NCBI GenBank assembly: GCA_964016885.1
Contig: OZ024751.1
Location: 51,708,001 to 51,772,000, forward strand
Direction: 5' to 3'
From: Eledone cirrhosa
Taxonomy: Eukaryota
Length of the DNA: 64,000 bases
The position numbers were made by a program, and so were the translations under genes. The notes below the pieces were generated by a model. It was not told where the DNA came from and searched no databases. It saw nothing but the letters and a program-made list of their open reading frames with translations. Every line of letters starts with the position of its first letter. Within the stretch, counting starts at the first letter, position 1. Positions 44,691-59,142 of this stretch are shown in pieces.

Positions 44691-44756
44691 TATTTTGTCT
44701 GATGAAGGCATAGCATATTGTTAATATGATATCCCCGAAATATATATAATGAAATA
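44691..44756 (+). ncRNA. Type-I hammerhead ribozyme near the 3' end of the 41386-44886 PLE
   Basis: TATTTTGT-CTGATGA-AGGCATAGCATATTGTTAATATGATATCCCC-GAAA-TATATA-TA-ATGAAATA. Confidence 0.88.
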
Positions 44757-44990
44757 AATATGGTTTTATAAATATAGTTTTCCATTTATTTAATATTGTA
44801 AATATACTCCAAATATTTGTCGAGTGCTTTTATATCAGTTATAAATATTTACTAGTTGTAACCCAACAATTTTAAATATAACTTTATATATATATATATA
44901 TATATAAATATATATAATATATATATATAAATATATATAATATATATATATATATAATATATATATATATAATATATATATATATATAAT

Positions 44991-45024
<34 letters not shown>

Positions 45025-45330
45025 ATATATATAATATATATATATAAAATATATATAATATATATAATATATATATATATAATATATATAATATATATAT
45101 ATATAATATATATATATATATATAATATATATAATATATATATATAATATATATATATAATATATATAATATATATATATATAATATATATAATATATAT
45201 ATATATTATATATATATATAATATATATAATATATATATATAATATATATATATAATATATATATATATAATATATATATATATATAATATATATATATA
45301 TATATAATATATATAATATATATATATATA

Positions 45331-45375
<45 letters not shown>

Positions 45376-45418
45376 TAATATATATATATAATATATATAT
45401 ATATAATATATATAATAT

Positions 45419-45454
<36 letters not shown>

Positions 45455-46954
45455 ATATAATATATATATATAATATATATATATAATATATATATATATA
45501 TATAATATATATATAGTAATAATAATAAAATTGAAGACTAAAATCCAAAGAGGGCTCGATAAGGAAAATATATATCAAATATATAAGAACCGTAGAGCAA
45601 ATATTTATTTATTAAAATAACAGATTAAAGTTTAAGCAAAGAATCGCTGCTTTCACCCTACAAATGTAAGGTTGTAACACCCACGTCCCGTAGGGCCTAC
45701 ATAGGGTTAACCGCCAATAGTTTCAAGCAGCGTCTTTACATGCATACCCATTCTTTTCGTTACCCTCTAAGAAGGAATATGACGTCACTTTCAGCTTATA
45801 TCTGGAGTCTAAAAGACAACCACACCCAATATAAGTTACACTGGGAGATCCTAGCTAGGGCTAGATCGTATAACGGAAATAAAAGACCATGTGACCTCTG
45901 CGCCGCTGAGGCCCTGGAAATACTCTACGCTACAGACAACATCTTAAACAAAAAATCCGAGGCAATTTCGGCTTGTAAACATAAATTGCACAAAACTTTC
46001 CTGTATTACAGCCCCACGTTATACCCTAACGGATAGCACGATCTATACGTGGATATTTTACGTCTTGATGTGGGAGCTAAGTATATGTTTTGTTTATTCC
46101 TTTACGTATTTGCATAGGTAAGTATATATTACCCGTATGTTTTGTGAAGGTATGTATACCTTCTCGTACGTATATTTGACTGTTATAGCGTATAATTTTT
46201 ACATATTCTGGTATTTAGTGTTTGGCTATGTGTATACGGGAGTTTTGCGTCCGCGTGAGTGTGCAGGTTCGTATGTGTGTATATGTGTACTTCTTGTTTT
46301 AGTTGACTTACGTCTCCGAACATTCGTGTATTTATATGTAGGTATGCGTGTGCGCTTGTTATATACGTATTTATTTACTTATATACGTTTATATAATTAT
46401 TTATTTATTTGTACACAAGCATACACACACACACATATTTTTTATGTGCGTGGTTTTGTATACCCATGGTAAGGTTTTGCGTATGCTTGTGTATGTACGT
46501 ATCTGTTTGCGTGTATGTATTTATTTGTTCCTATTACTTCTGTATTGTATTTATTTACTTTGTTCTTAACTCTGTAGCGGAGATTCATTTGGTCTCCTAG
46601 TTAGAATTTTAGTCTACGATTTCTGCTATACCATTTACGTGGTTTTGTCTTTGCGTGCTATTGTTCTCCACGCTCCACATATGACTTATTATCTTCGTTT
46701 TTTCGTTCATTGCCAGAGAACGTCTCTATGCACCACCTAAGAGAACATTAGTCTACGACCTCTTTTATACCATAAACGTGGTTTTGTCTTTGCGCGTAAT
46801 TGTTTTTCACCGCTCCTATTAATGACGTATTATTCGTTTTTTCCCGTTCTTTGCCAGCGAATGTTACCACGAACCAAAGTATCGTCTTCCTGTCTTCCTC
46901 CGGTTGAAACGTTTTTTGAAATATCCAGTTCTGCGTTTACAGATTGACTTTGTT

Positions 46955-47005
46955 AGTTTCAGAAGATCCCGTTAAGGGTGAAAGCAGCGATTCTTTGCTT
47001 AAACT
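46955..47005 (+). ncRNA. Variant hammerhead fold (CAGAAGA core, CUU site)
   Basis: AGTTT-CAGAAGA-TCCC-GTTAA-GGGT-GAAA-GCA-GCGATTCTT-TGC-TT-AAACT. Stem I can be extended by CAGATTGA/TTAATCTG. Confidence 0.65.
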
Positions 47006-47158
47006 TTAATCTGTTATTTTAATAAATATTTGCTCTACGGTTCTTATATATTTGATATATATTTTCCTAATCGAGCCCACTTTGGATTTTAGTCTTCAAT
47101 TTTATTATTATTACTATTTGGCTCCTTCGGTTGAGCACTCTACTGACTTATATTCATC

Positions 47159-49271
47159 ATGCAGAAACAACATCTGAATATTTCTACAAAGAACATACCC
47201 GTACCAAGCAGGAAAACATACCTAAAACTCCTGATACAGAAAACAGACGCGTTCATTAAAAGGTTGCGTTGGCGTGCCTTTTATTTCGATAATCCGCGAA
47301 AAGCAGACAACAAACAGGATAAATTTGGATTTAAAACTTATAATAACCCTCCGTGGAACCCAGCATTGCTACCCTTCGAAAATGATGTCTTGGAACTCAT
47401 TCGGAATATCAAATTTCGGAATAGGAGCAATTCCTTCCAGCAAGACCTGAAGAATAGAATTCGTTCTATTAAGGATTCTAACGCCGTGCACGTCCATTCC
47501 GACAAAACTGGCAACCTATATCAAGTGGAGCGCAGTACTTACCATCAACTACTACATAATGCTGTAACTAAGGATTACCGTAAAACTAATCGGTGCGTCA
47601 TCAATGAAATCAACGATGCTGGGTTTAAAATCACATCTGATCTCAACATCCTGGACCGGACCGAACCTCTGGACCCTATCTCTCCCCACTTTACCCTGAA
47701 GGATCACAAATCCAATTTTCCGAACAACCCCTCTATTCGGCTTATTAACCCTACGAAGTCCGATTTAGGTAGACTTAGTAAAACAATTCTTGATAAAATT
47801 ATACCTGAAATTAGAAGTTTGGCCCCTCTCGCACTGTGGAACAATTCTTTCGCGGTGATTGATTGGTTCAACGGCATATGTAACAAGGAACATTGCCGTT
47901 TTATCCAATTCGACATCAACAATTACTACTCCTCCATCACTTTACCACTTCTCCTTAGAGCTATCAATTTCGCTAAAACACTCACAGTGGTTAAGGATTT
48001 TGAAGTTGATGTCATCCTTAATGCCCGAAAGTCGGTGATTAATTTCGACGACTCTATTTGGATTAAAAAATCCAATAGTACCCCATTCGACGTGAGTATG
48101 GGCGCCAGTGACTCTGCGGAGGTTACTGATCTTATTGGCCTTTTCCTTCTTTTCTCTATCAAGGACGAATTCCCCAACGCGGGCGGTGGTTTGTACCGTG
48201 ACGATGGTCTTTTGAACATGACTAAGTGCGGACCTCATGCTTGCGACAGGTTCAGAAAAGAACTCACAGCCTTCTTTAAAGGCTTCAACCTCTCTATACA
48301 GGTTGAGGCCAATCTTTCGGTCGTTAATTACCTCGACGTTACCCTCAATTTATTGAATGGGTTGTATTACCCGTATAGAAAGCCGAATGATACGCTTAAT
48401 TACATAAGTAAGCATTCCAACCATCCTGCCAGCATAACCAAGAACCTGGTAAGAAACGTTTCGTTGAGGCTTTCCCGTCTTTCCACCAACGAGCGCATTT
48501 TCAACGACCATTCCACTTATTACAATGAAGCTCTTGCTCGAAGTGGATTTGTCGATAAGGTAGCATATACAGTGTACGAAAATAGACCTAGAAGAAATAG
48601 ATCCCGTCGCATTTGTTGGTTTAACCCACCATATAATATGGAGGTGGCCACACCATTAGCTAAGATCTTTCTTTCCCTTATTACGAAGCATTTTCCCCCT
48701 ACACATAAATATAGTAAAATTTTCAATAGAAATACTATTAAAATTTCTTACTCTACGGCTCCTAACCTTGCACATAACATCACAGCTTCAAATTTAGCTA
48801 AACTACCTAGCCGTAGGAACACGTGCAACCCTGTAGGTAGTACTAACTGTAATTGTAGGAATCGGGCTGATTGCCCCCTATCCGGGAAATGCCTCTCTAG
48901 TAACATTGTCTACAAATGTAAGGTTGTAACACCCACGTCCCGTAGGGCCTACATAGGGTTTACCGCCAATAGTTTCAAGCAGCGTCTTTACATGCATACC
49001 CATTCTTTTCGTTACCCTCTAAGAAGGAATATGACGTCACTTTCAGCTTATATCTGGAGTCTAAAAGACAACCACACCCAATATAAGTTACACTGGGAGA
49101 TCCTAGCTAGGAAATAAAAGACCATGTGACCTCTGCGCCGCTGAGGCCCTGGAAATACTCTACGCTACAGACCACATCTTAAACAAAAAATCTGAGGCAA
49201 TTTCGGCTTGTAAACATAAATTGGACAAAACTTTCCTGTATTACAGCCCCACGTTATACCCTAACGGATAG
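47159..49271 (+). CDS. Naiad-like PLE RT-GIY-YIG protein; 652 aa open, then frameshifted by a 17-bp deletion at ~49110
   Basis: STKNIPVPS; FIKRLRWRAF; SDKTGNLY; FDINNYYSSI; GLYRDDGL; CNCRNRADCPLSGKC; IVYKC..AYIG. The intact C-terminus (CDLC..CKH) is preserved in the upstream repeat (to 46036). Confidence 0.9.
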
Positions 49272-50193
49272 CACGATCTATACGTGGATATTTTACGTCT
49301 TGATGTGGGAGCTAAGTATATGTTTTGTTTATTCCTTTACGTATTTGCATAGGTAAGTATATATTACCCGTATGTTTTGTGAAGGTATGTATACCTTCTC
49401 GTACGTATATTTGACTGTTATAGCGTATAATTTTTACATATTCTGGTATTTAGGGTTTGGCTATGTGTATACGGGAGTTTTGCGTCCGCGTGAGTGTGCA
49501 GGTTCGTACGTATGGGGGGTGTGTGTATATGTGTACTTCTTGTTTTAGTTGACTTACGTCTCCGAACATTCGTGTATTTATATGTAGGTATGCGTGTGCG
49601 CTTGTTATATACGTATTTATTTACTTATATACGTTTATATAATTATTTATTTATTTGTACACAAGCATACACACACACACATATTTATATGTGCGTGGTT
49701 TTGTATACCCATGGTAAGGTTTTGCGTATGCTTGTGTATGTACGTATCTGTTTGCGTGTATGTATTTATTTGTTCCTATTACTTCTGTATTGTATTTATT
49801 TTTCTTTGTTCTTAACTCTGTAGCGGAGATTCATTTGGTCTCCTAGTTAGAATTTTAGTCTACGATTTCTGCTATACCATTTACGTGGTTTTGTCTTTGT
49901 GTGCTATTGTTCTCCACGCTCCACATATGACTTATTATCTTCGTTTTTTCGTTCATTGCCAGAGAACGTCTCTATGCACCACCTAAGAGAACATTAGTCT
50001 ACGACCTCTTTTATACCATAAACGTGGTTTTGTCTTTGCGCGTAATTGTTTTTCACCGCTCCTATTAATGACGTATTATTCGTTTTTTTCCCGTTCTTTG
50101 CCAGCGAATGTTACCACGAACCAAAGTATCGTCTTCCTCAGGTTGCAACGTTTTTTGAAATATCCAGTTCTGCGTTTACAGATTGACTTTGTT

Positions 50194-50244
50194 AGTTTCA
50201 GAAGATCCCGTTAAGGGTGAAAGCAGCGATTCTTTGCTTAAACT
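50194..50244 (+). ncRNA. Variant hammerhead fold, second copy
   Basis: Identical to 46955-47005. Confidence 0.65.
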
Positions 50245-50263
50245 TTAATCTGTTATTTTAATA

Positions 50264-50337
<74 letters not shown>

Positions 50338-50376
50338 TATATAATATATATATATATATAATATATATATATATAC

Positions 50377-50447
<71 letters not shown>

Positions 50448-50455
50448 ATATATAT

Positions 50456-50487
<32 letters not shown>

Positions 50488-50810
50488 ATATACGTTATTC
50501 CGGGTTGAATCGGAGGTAACCACAGTAAGTAAGGTACTCAATACATAGCAGAGTATAAATTATAGACATCTGTTAGCTTAAGAGAAACTTAATGACAAGG
50601 AATGGGATGCCATCCGGAACCTGTTTATAGAATTCTGTCTGCCCTTGTTACTCTAAAAACATAAATAAATAAAAATAAACTATAGCTTTGTAGAATTAGC
50701 TTTTAATGAATTCCCTTTTCTATCAACCAATGAACTACACCCATCCCACTCCTCACCCTCTCCTACCACTTGTAGAGACCGATAAAAACCATATTTATTT
50801 TTTGATACCC

Positions 50811-50861
50811 AGATTCCTGATGATTTCTAAAGAATGAAACAGTTCTAGTCCTGTAGAATCT
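50811..50861 (+). ncRNA. Type-I hammerhead ribozyme with 4-bp stem III
   Basis: AGATTC-CTGATGA-TTTC-TAAA-GAAT-GAAA-CAG-TTCTAGTC-CTG-TA-GAATCT: perfect 6-bp stem I, ACAG/CTGT stem III, GUA site. Confidence 0.88.
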
Positions 50862-50912
50862 CATCTATATTAAAACTATATATATAATATATATATATAT
50901 ATAATATATATA

Positions 50913-50969
<57 letters not shown>

Positions 50970-51038
50970 ATATATATATATAATATATATATAATATATA
51001 TATATAATATATATATAATATATATATATATAATATAT

Positions 51039-51081
<43 letters not shown>

Positions 51082-51137
51082 TATATATATAATATATATA
51101 TATATATATAATATATATATATATATATAATATATAT

Positions 51138-51200
<63 letters not shown>

Positions 51201-51241
51201 ATATATATATATATATATAATATATATATATAATAATATAT

Positions 51242-51292
<51 letters not shown>

Positions 51293-51593
51293 TATATATA
51301 TATAATATATATAATATATATATTAATATATATATATAATATGTATATATAATATATATATATAATATATATATATAATATATATATATAATATATATAT
51401 ATAATATATAATATATATATATAATATATATATATAATATATAATATATATATAATATATATATATAATATATAATATATATATAATATATATATATAAT
51501 ATATATATAATATATATATATAATATATATATAATATATATATATAATATATATATATAATATATATATATAATATATATATATATAATATAT

Positions 51594-51975
51594 GGAAAGT
51601 TATATTTAAATTGTTGGGTTACAACGAGTAAATATTTATAACTGATATAAAAGCACTCAACAAGTATTTGGAGTATATTTACGATATTAAATAAATGGAA
51701 ATTATACTTTATAAAACCATATTAATTTCATTATATATATTTCAGGGATATCGTATTAAAAATATGTTATGCCTTCTTCAGACAAAATACAATATAAACA
51801 GTCTTATAAATAGATAGATTCGACATACCTTTCAACATCGACTTGTATTATAAGACTGTTTATATTGTATTTTGTCTGAAGAAGGCATAACATATTTTTA
51901 ATATGATATCCCTGAAATATATATAATGAAATAAATATGGTTTTATAAATATAATTTCCATTTATTTAATATCGT
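51594..51975. ncRNA. Inverted twin hammerhead cassette (minus 51724-51789, plus 51868-51933; CTGAAGA core)
   Basis: Both copies read TATTTTGT-CTGAAGA-AGGCATAACATATT..GATATCCCT-GAAA-TATATA-TA-ATGAAAT. Family of 44691. Confidence 0.85.
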
Positions 51976-51999
51976 ATATATATAATATATATAATATAT

Positions 52000-52031
<32 letters not shown>

Positions 52032-52063
52032 ATATTATATATATATAATATATATATAATATT

Positions 52064-52183
<120 letters not shown>

Positions 52184-52936
52184 ATATATATATATAATTA
52201 TATATATAATATATATATATAATATATATAATATATATATATTATATATATATAATATATATATAATATATATATATAATATATATATATAATATATATA
52301 TATTATATATATATAATATATATATATAATATATATATATAATATATATATATAATATATATATAATATATATAAATGATATATATATAATATATATATA
52401 ATATATATATATAATATATATATATGATATATATATAATATATATATAATATATATATATAATATATATATAATATATATATATATAATATATATATATA
52501 ATATATATATATGATATATATATAATATATATATAATATATATATATAATATATATATATAATATATATATATAATATATATATATGATATATATAATAT
52601 ATATATAATATATATATAATATATATATATAATATATATATATGATATATATATAATATATATATAATATATATATATAATATATATATATAATATATAT
52701 ATATAATATATATATATGATATATATATAATATATATATAATATATATATATAATATATATATATAATATATATATATAATATATATATTATATATATAT
52801 ATTATATATATATTATATATATATAATATATATAATATATATATAATATATATATATTATATATATTATATATATATAATATATATAATATATATAATAT
52901 ATATAATATATATATATTATATATATTATATAATAT

Positions 52937-52968
<32 letters not shown>

Positions 52969-53128
52969 TATATATATTATATATATATTATATATATAAT
53001 ATATATAATATATATATATTATATATATTATATATTATATATATTATATATATAATATATATAATATATATATATTATATATATTATATATAATATATAT
53101 ATAATATATATAATATATATATATATAT

Positions 53129-53328
53129 NNNNNNNNNNNNNNNNNNNNNNNNNNNNNNNNNNNNNNNNNNNNNNNNNNNNNNNNNNNNNNNNNNNNNNNN
53201 NNNNNNNNNNNNNNNNNNNNNNNNNNNNNNNNNNNNNNNNNNNNNNNNNNNNNNNNNNNNNNNNNNNNNNNNNNNNNNNNNNNNNNNNNNNNNNNNNNNN
53301 NNNNNNNNNNNNNNNNNNNNNNNNNNNN
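53129..53328. other. Assembly gap (200 N)
   Basis: Run of N inside a (TA)n tract. Confidence 0.99.
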
Positions 53329-53412
<84 letters not shown>

Positions 53413-53430
53413 TATATATATATAATATAT

Positions 53431-53580
<150 letters not shown>

Positions 53581-53603
53581 ATATATATATATATAATATA
53601 TAT

Positions 53604-53650
<47 letters not shown>

Positions 53651-53677
53651 TATATATATAATATATATATAATATAT

Positions 53678-53722
<45 letters not shown>

Positions 53723-53732
53723 TATATAATAT

Positions 53733-53808
<76 letters not shown>

Positions 53809-53812
53809 ATAC

Positions 53813-53855
<43 letters not shown>

Positions 53856-53856
53856 T

Positions 53857-53888
<32 letters not shown>

Positions 53889-53946
53889 ATATATATATAT
53901 ACATATATATATATATAATATATATATATACATATATATATATATA

Positions 53947-54017
<71 letters not shown>

Positions 54018-54030
54018 CATATATATATAC

Positions 54031-54142
<112 letters not shown>

Positions 54143-54201
54143 ATATATATATATATAATATATATATATACATATATATATATATAATATATATATATAT
54201 A

Positions 54202-54405
<204 letters not shown>

Positions 54406-54601
54406 TATATAATATATATATATATACATATATATATACATATATATATACATACATAATATATATATACATATATATATACATATATATATATACATAT
54501 ATATATACATATATATATATATACATATATATATACATATATATACATAATATATATACATATATATATATATACATATATATATACATATATATATATA
54601 C

Positions 54602-54664
<63 letters not shown>

Positions 54665-54681
54665 CATATATACATATATAC

Positions 54682-54718
<37 letters not shown>

Positions 54719-54754
54719 CATATATACATATATACATATATATATATATACATA

Positions 54755-55240
54755 TACAATATTAAATAAATGGAAACTATATTTATAAAACCATATTTAT
54801 TTCATTATATATATTTCGGGGATATCATATTAACAATATGCTATGCCTTCCTCAGACAAAATACAATATAAACAGTTTTATAGATAAATAGATTCGACAT
54901 ACCGTTATAACACCGACTTCCATTTGAAGAGGTTTAAGCTGGCAGTCTAAAGAGGTTTAGACTGCCAGCTTAAACCTCTTCAAATGGAAGTCGGTGTTAT
55001 AACGGTATGTCGAATCTATTTATCTATAAAACTGTTTATATTGTATTTTGTCTGAGGAAGGCATAGCATATTGTTAATATGATATCCCCGAAATATATAT
55101 AATGAAATAAATATGGTTTTATAAATATAGTTTCCATTTATTTAATATTGTAAATATACTCAAATATTTGTCGAGTTGCTTTTATATCAGTTATAAATAT
55201 TTACTAGTTGTAACCCAACAATTTTAAATATAACTTTCCA
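54755..55240. ncRNA. Inverted twin hammerhead cassette (minus 54798-54863, plus 55044-55109; CTGAGGA core) in a 197-bp-arm palindrome
   Basis: Arms 54755-54951 and 54956-55152 around a 4-nt spacer GAGG. Family of 44691. Confidence 0.88.
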
Positions 55241-55249
55241 TATATATAC

Positions 55250-55280
<31 letters not shown>

Positions 55281-55289
55281 CATATATAC

Positions 55290-55596
<307 letters not shown>

Positions 55597-55631
55597 CATA
55601 TATATATACATATATATACATATATATATAC

Positions 55632-55662
<31 letters not shown>

Positions 55663-55675
55663 CATATATATATAC

Positions 55676-55706
<31 letters not shown>

Positions 55707-55707
55707 C

Positions 55708-55740
<33 letters not shown>

Positions 55741-55741
55741 C

Positions 55742-55772
<31 letters not shown>

Positions 55773-55773
55773 C

Positions 55774-55870
<97 letters not shown>

Positions 55871-56049
55871 CTATATGAATGCAACCAGCAAGAGTACCTG
55901 TCACAAAGTCACTTTGCTAGAAAGAGCAGTTAAATATCCCGACTTCGTGCCCCTCCCTCCATTCCGTTTCCGTGGAAAAGGTCGATGGTGGTTAGATTAG
56001 TTGAAAACAGCAAAAACCTTACTTATTACCAATTTTATTTAACGTTATA

Positions 56050-56174
56050 TATATATATATATATGAAGAAGAGATATATTGAATAAGACACATACATACA
56101 AGTTGAGAAATACTTATATATACAGAGAAAGAGAGAAGTTGAGAGAGAAAGAGATAATGATAGACATAAAAGAG

Positions 56175-56251
<77 letters not shown>

Positions 56252-57085
56252 GAGAGATTAAGTGTGATAGTGAGAAATAGAACGAGATATATACATCGTG
56301 TTGTCAAGTATGAAATTTGTAGAAATTTGTTCTCTTTCCATAAACCTCTACAAATTTCATACTTGACGACCCAATATATATCATCATCATCATCATCATC
56401 ATCACCATCATCATCATCACCGTTTTATGTCCGTTCTTCCACACTAGCATGGGTTAGACGGGTTGTCCTGTTGTGGGCAGTAGCCTGTCGGCTGACCATG
56501 TCTTGCTCATGTAGAAATGAGATGATAGGACTGGAGTCCATATCATTCCACTGCAAAGTGGTCGTGGAGGTGCCACGGCAAAAACGCACCCAGCACTCAC
56601 TGTAAATGAGGTTGGTGTTAGGAAGGGCATCCAGCTGTAGAAATCAAGCCAGAATCAGTTCCCGTATGAGCAAGACAAGGTCAGCCGACCGGACACTGCC
56701 CACAACAGGACAACCCGTCTAACCTATGCTAACGTGGAAGAACGGACATAAAACGGTGATGATGATGATGGTGATGGTGATGATGATATATATTGGATCG
56801 TCAAGTATGAAATTTGTAGAGATTTATTGAAAGAGAACAAATTTCTACAAATTTCATACTCGACAACCCAATGTATATATCTCGTTCTATTTCTCACTAT
56901 CTCACTTAATGTCTCTCTCTCTCTCTCTCTCTCACTCTCTCTCTATCAATCTCTCTTTTATGTCTATCATTATCTCTTTCTCTCTCAACTTCTCTCTTTC
57001 TCTGTATTTATAATATTTCTCAACTTGTATGTATGTGTCTTATTCAATATATCTCTTCTTCATATATATATATATATATATATAT
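56050..57085. repeat. Fold-back palindrome (~0.45-kb diverged arms) containing a SINE-like 3' end with (GAT)n tail
   Basis: 56050-56510 mirrors 56666-57085. The spacer carries GTTGGTGTTAGGAAGGGCATCCAGCTGTAGAAA, which is SINE-like. Confidence 0.88.
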
Positions 57086-57189
57086 TCAAAATTAAATTAA
57101 ATTAATTTAAGGGTGTCATGTCAGAGAGAGATGCGCCATATCCATTGTAGAATATGCTCCAAGATTCCAATGAATAGATCCAAGCATTC

Positions 57190-57426
57190 TATATCAACTA
57201 GAAATTGATTGACATATATATATATAAAATAAACATATGAAACAATCACAGGGAATAATTTGTAAAAGTGTGTAAGCACACATAGCTAGGTAGGTAACTA
57301 ATTAAAGTTTAACTAGAACTTTAAAAATAGATTCCTTATAAATTAATTTTACAAATTATTCCCTGTGATTGTTTCATATGTTTATTTTAGATATATATAT
57401 ATGTCAATCAATTTCTAGTTGATATA
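57190..57426. repeat. Short fold-back (~78-bp arms)
   Basis: TATATCAACTAGAAATTGATTGAC...AATTTGTAAAA is mirrored at 57347-57426. Confidence 0.85.
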
Positions 57427-58509
57427 AATATATATATATATATGTTTGTGTGTATGTCGGGTTCAATCGGGCGTAACCACAGTAAGTAAGCGCCATATTA
57501 ATCCTTGTAATACCATAATAGGAAGTTATGAAAAAAACTTAGGAAGTCATCGAGTGTGTGTGTGCCGAATTTCCCCACCCTCGAGGGCTTCTTGAGCGCG
57601 ATTTTTTTTTTATGTTTTGTTTTATGTTATGGAATATTTAAATACCTTTTAACAATGGACGTTGCTATAGACGCCCATTGGCTCCATATGAATCCTTGAA
57701 AACCATAATAGGAAATTATGAAAACTTAGAAAGTCATCTTATATATACACCTGACGGGAGTGTAAACATTCATTCTAAATCTCCGGCCTAACATACTTAA
57801 TCACGTTTCAGGTAAGTCATAGGTCTCTAAACCTGAAATTTATAAATACATTTAACTAATTTATAACTACATCCTAAACGGACGGTAGTCCGTTTAGTAA
57901 TATTGTTGTGGTCGTGTTTTCGTTGGCAATCGTCTGTTTACGACAGTACAGCGCGGCTCTACTTTATTTAACTGAGATAAAACTTATATGAGCATGAACA
58001 GTAGATCATTACGCATCTTTTGGCTTAAAAATCTAAAAATTTGGTCCAGCGGGAAAAAGTTTATAATCAAAGTTTGCTGATAAATCTTGTGTTCAAGTGA
58101 GTGAGTAGTAAGCGTGACGCTAGGGGAGGTAATCCAGAAATGACGACATTTGGAAAAGTTTAATTACTGCATGAAATAAATGATTCAAAAATTGAACTTG
58201 CCCAATCTTCACAACATTGAAAATTGGTCAAAATTTGACAAATCTGACTTCAAACCAGATATGATTCCTTTGAACAATGTTGGAAATCTTAAATTGACAC
58301 AAATTTTTGCCAATGTTTTTGCCACATGATCGTTGTTCTATGGCTGACTGACTAATTTTGTGACTTAATAAAATGTCATCATACTAGTAATGCACAATGG
58401 TCATTTTTAAATTTAAATTTTATTAAATAGTTGTTGCTTGCATTGCCTTAAAATAGTAACAAGAATGTACACATACTTTTTAAAAATACATCATTATCAG
58501 TCAAATCAG

Positions 58510-58869
58510 TCAAATGTCACTAAAAGCCAGGTGGTCGATAACAACTTCTATAAGATTAGTTACATGCTCAAACATTGGATCACCTCTCATCAATGGCATT
58601 GGGTGTCTGAGATAATCGTGGAGATAACTGATGGAGTCACAAATGAAGTGATGGTCTTCCAGTGTGAACAACTCCCTATATCCATTGATATATGTGATGG
58701 CTTCCGATTCATAGGTGCATTGTATGAGGAATTCCATGCATTCGATTTTCAGTGATTCAATGGGCATTTTATCAGAGATGATAAGGTATTTGACCACGTT
58801 TTGCTTTGTAAGTAAATTGGAGAGAATCACTGCAGTCAAAGTCATTTCTTTGCATGGGTTTTTGTCCAT
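58510..58869 (-). CDS. Hypothetical 119-aa protein
   Basis: ATG-initiated, non-repetitive, globular-looking composition. No family recognised. Confidence 0.25.
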   Translation of the reverse strand: MDKNPCKEMTLTAVILSNLLTKQNVVKYLIISDKMPIESLKIECMEFLIQCTYESEAITYINGYRELFTLEDHHFICDSISYLHDYLRHPMPLMRGDPMFEHVTNLIEVVIDHLAFSDI

Positions 58870-59142
58870 TCTAAAAAGTTAAAATGATAAAGTATTACTA
58901 CTATATAACTTACATCTATTGTTGTAACACCATTGAAATGCACAAGTTTCACCAATTCACTATTATGCACTAATCATCTCAAATGCATTCATGATTTACT
59001 AGCTTTGTCATTAAGCCAGTTGCCTCAACTAGATTGCAATTATACTCAAAAGAACTTTAAAATGTCAATCACTTGTCAGTAATTCACTATGATCATTTAA
59101 TTATTAGATAGTTGTTGCTTGCATTGCCTTAAAAAATAGTAG

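Larger units (their letters stand above)
45514..50268 (+). mobile_element. Naiad-like PLE with inverted 5' partial repeat and ~1.37-kb tandem direct repeat
   Basis: 45514-45659 is the reverse complement of 46975-47117. 45658-47030 recurs at 48910-50268. (TA)n on both sides. Confidence 0.93.

Noticed and set aside
41404-49271. Selenoprotein-encoding Naiad (in-frame UGA plus SECIS)
   Set aside because: Neither YRDD ORF has an internal TGA at Cys positions. The 47159 ORF ends early because of a 17-bp deletion.
57500-57740. ~50-bp imperfect direct repeat as LTRs or TSD
   Set aside because: Too short and degenerate, with no other element hallmarks.
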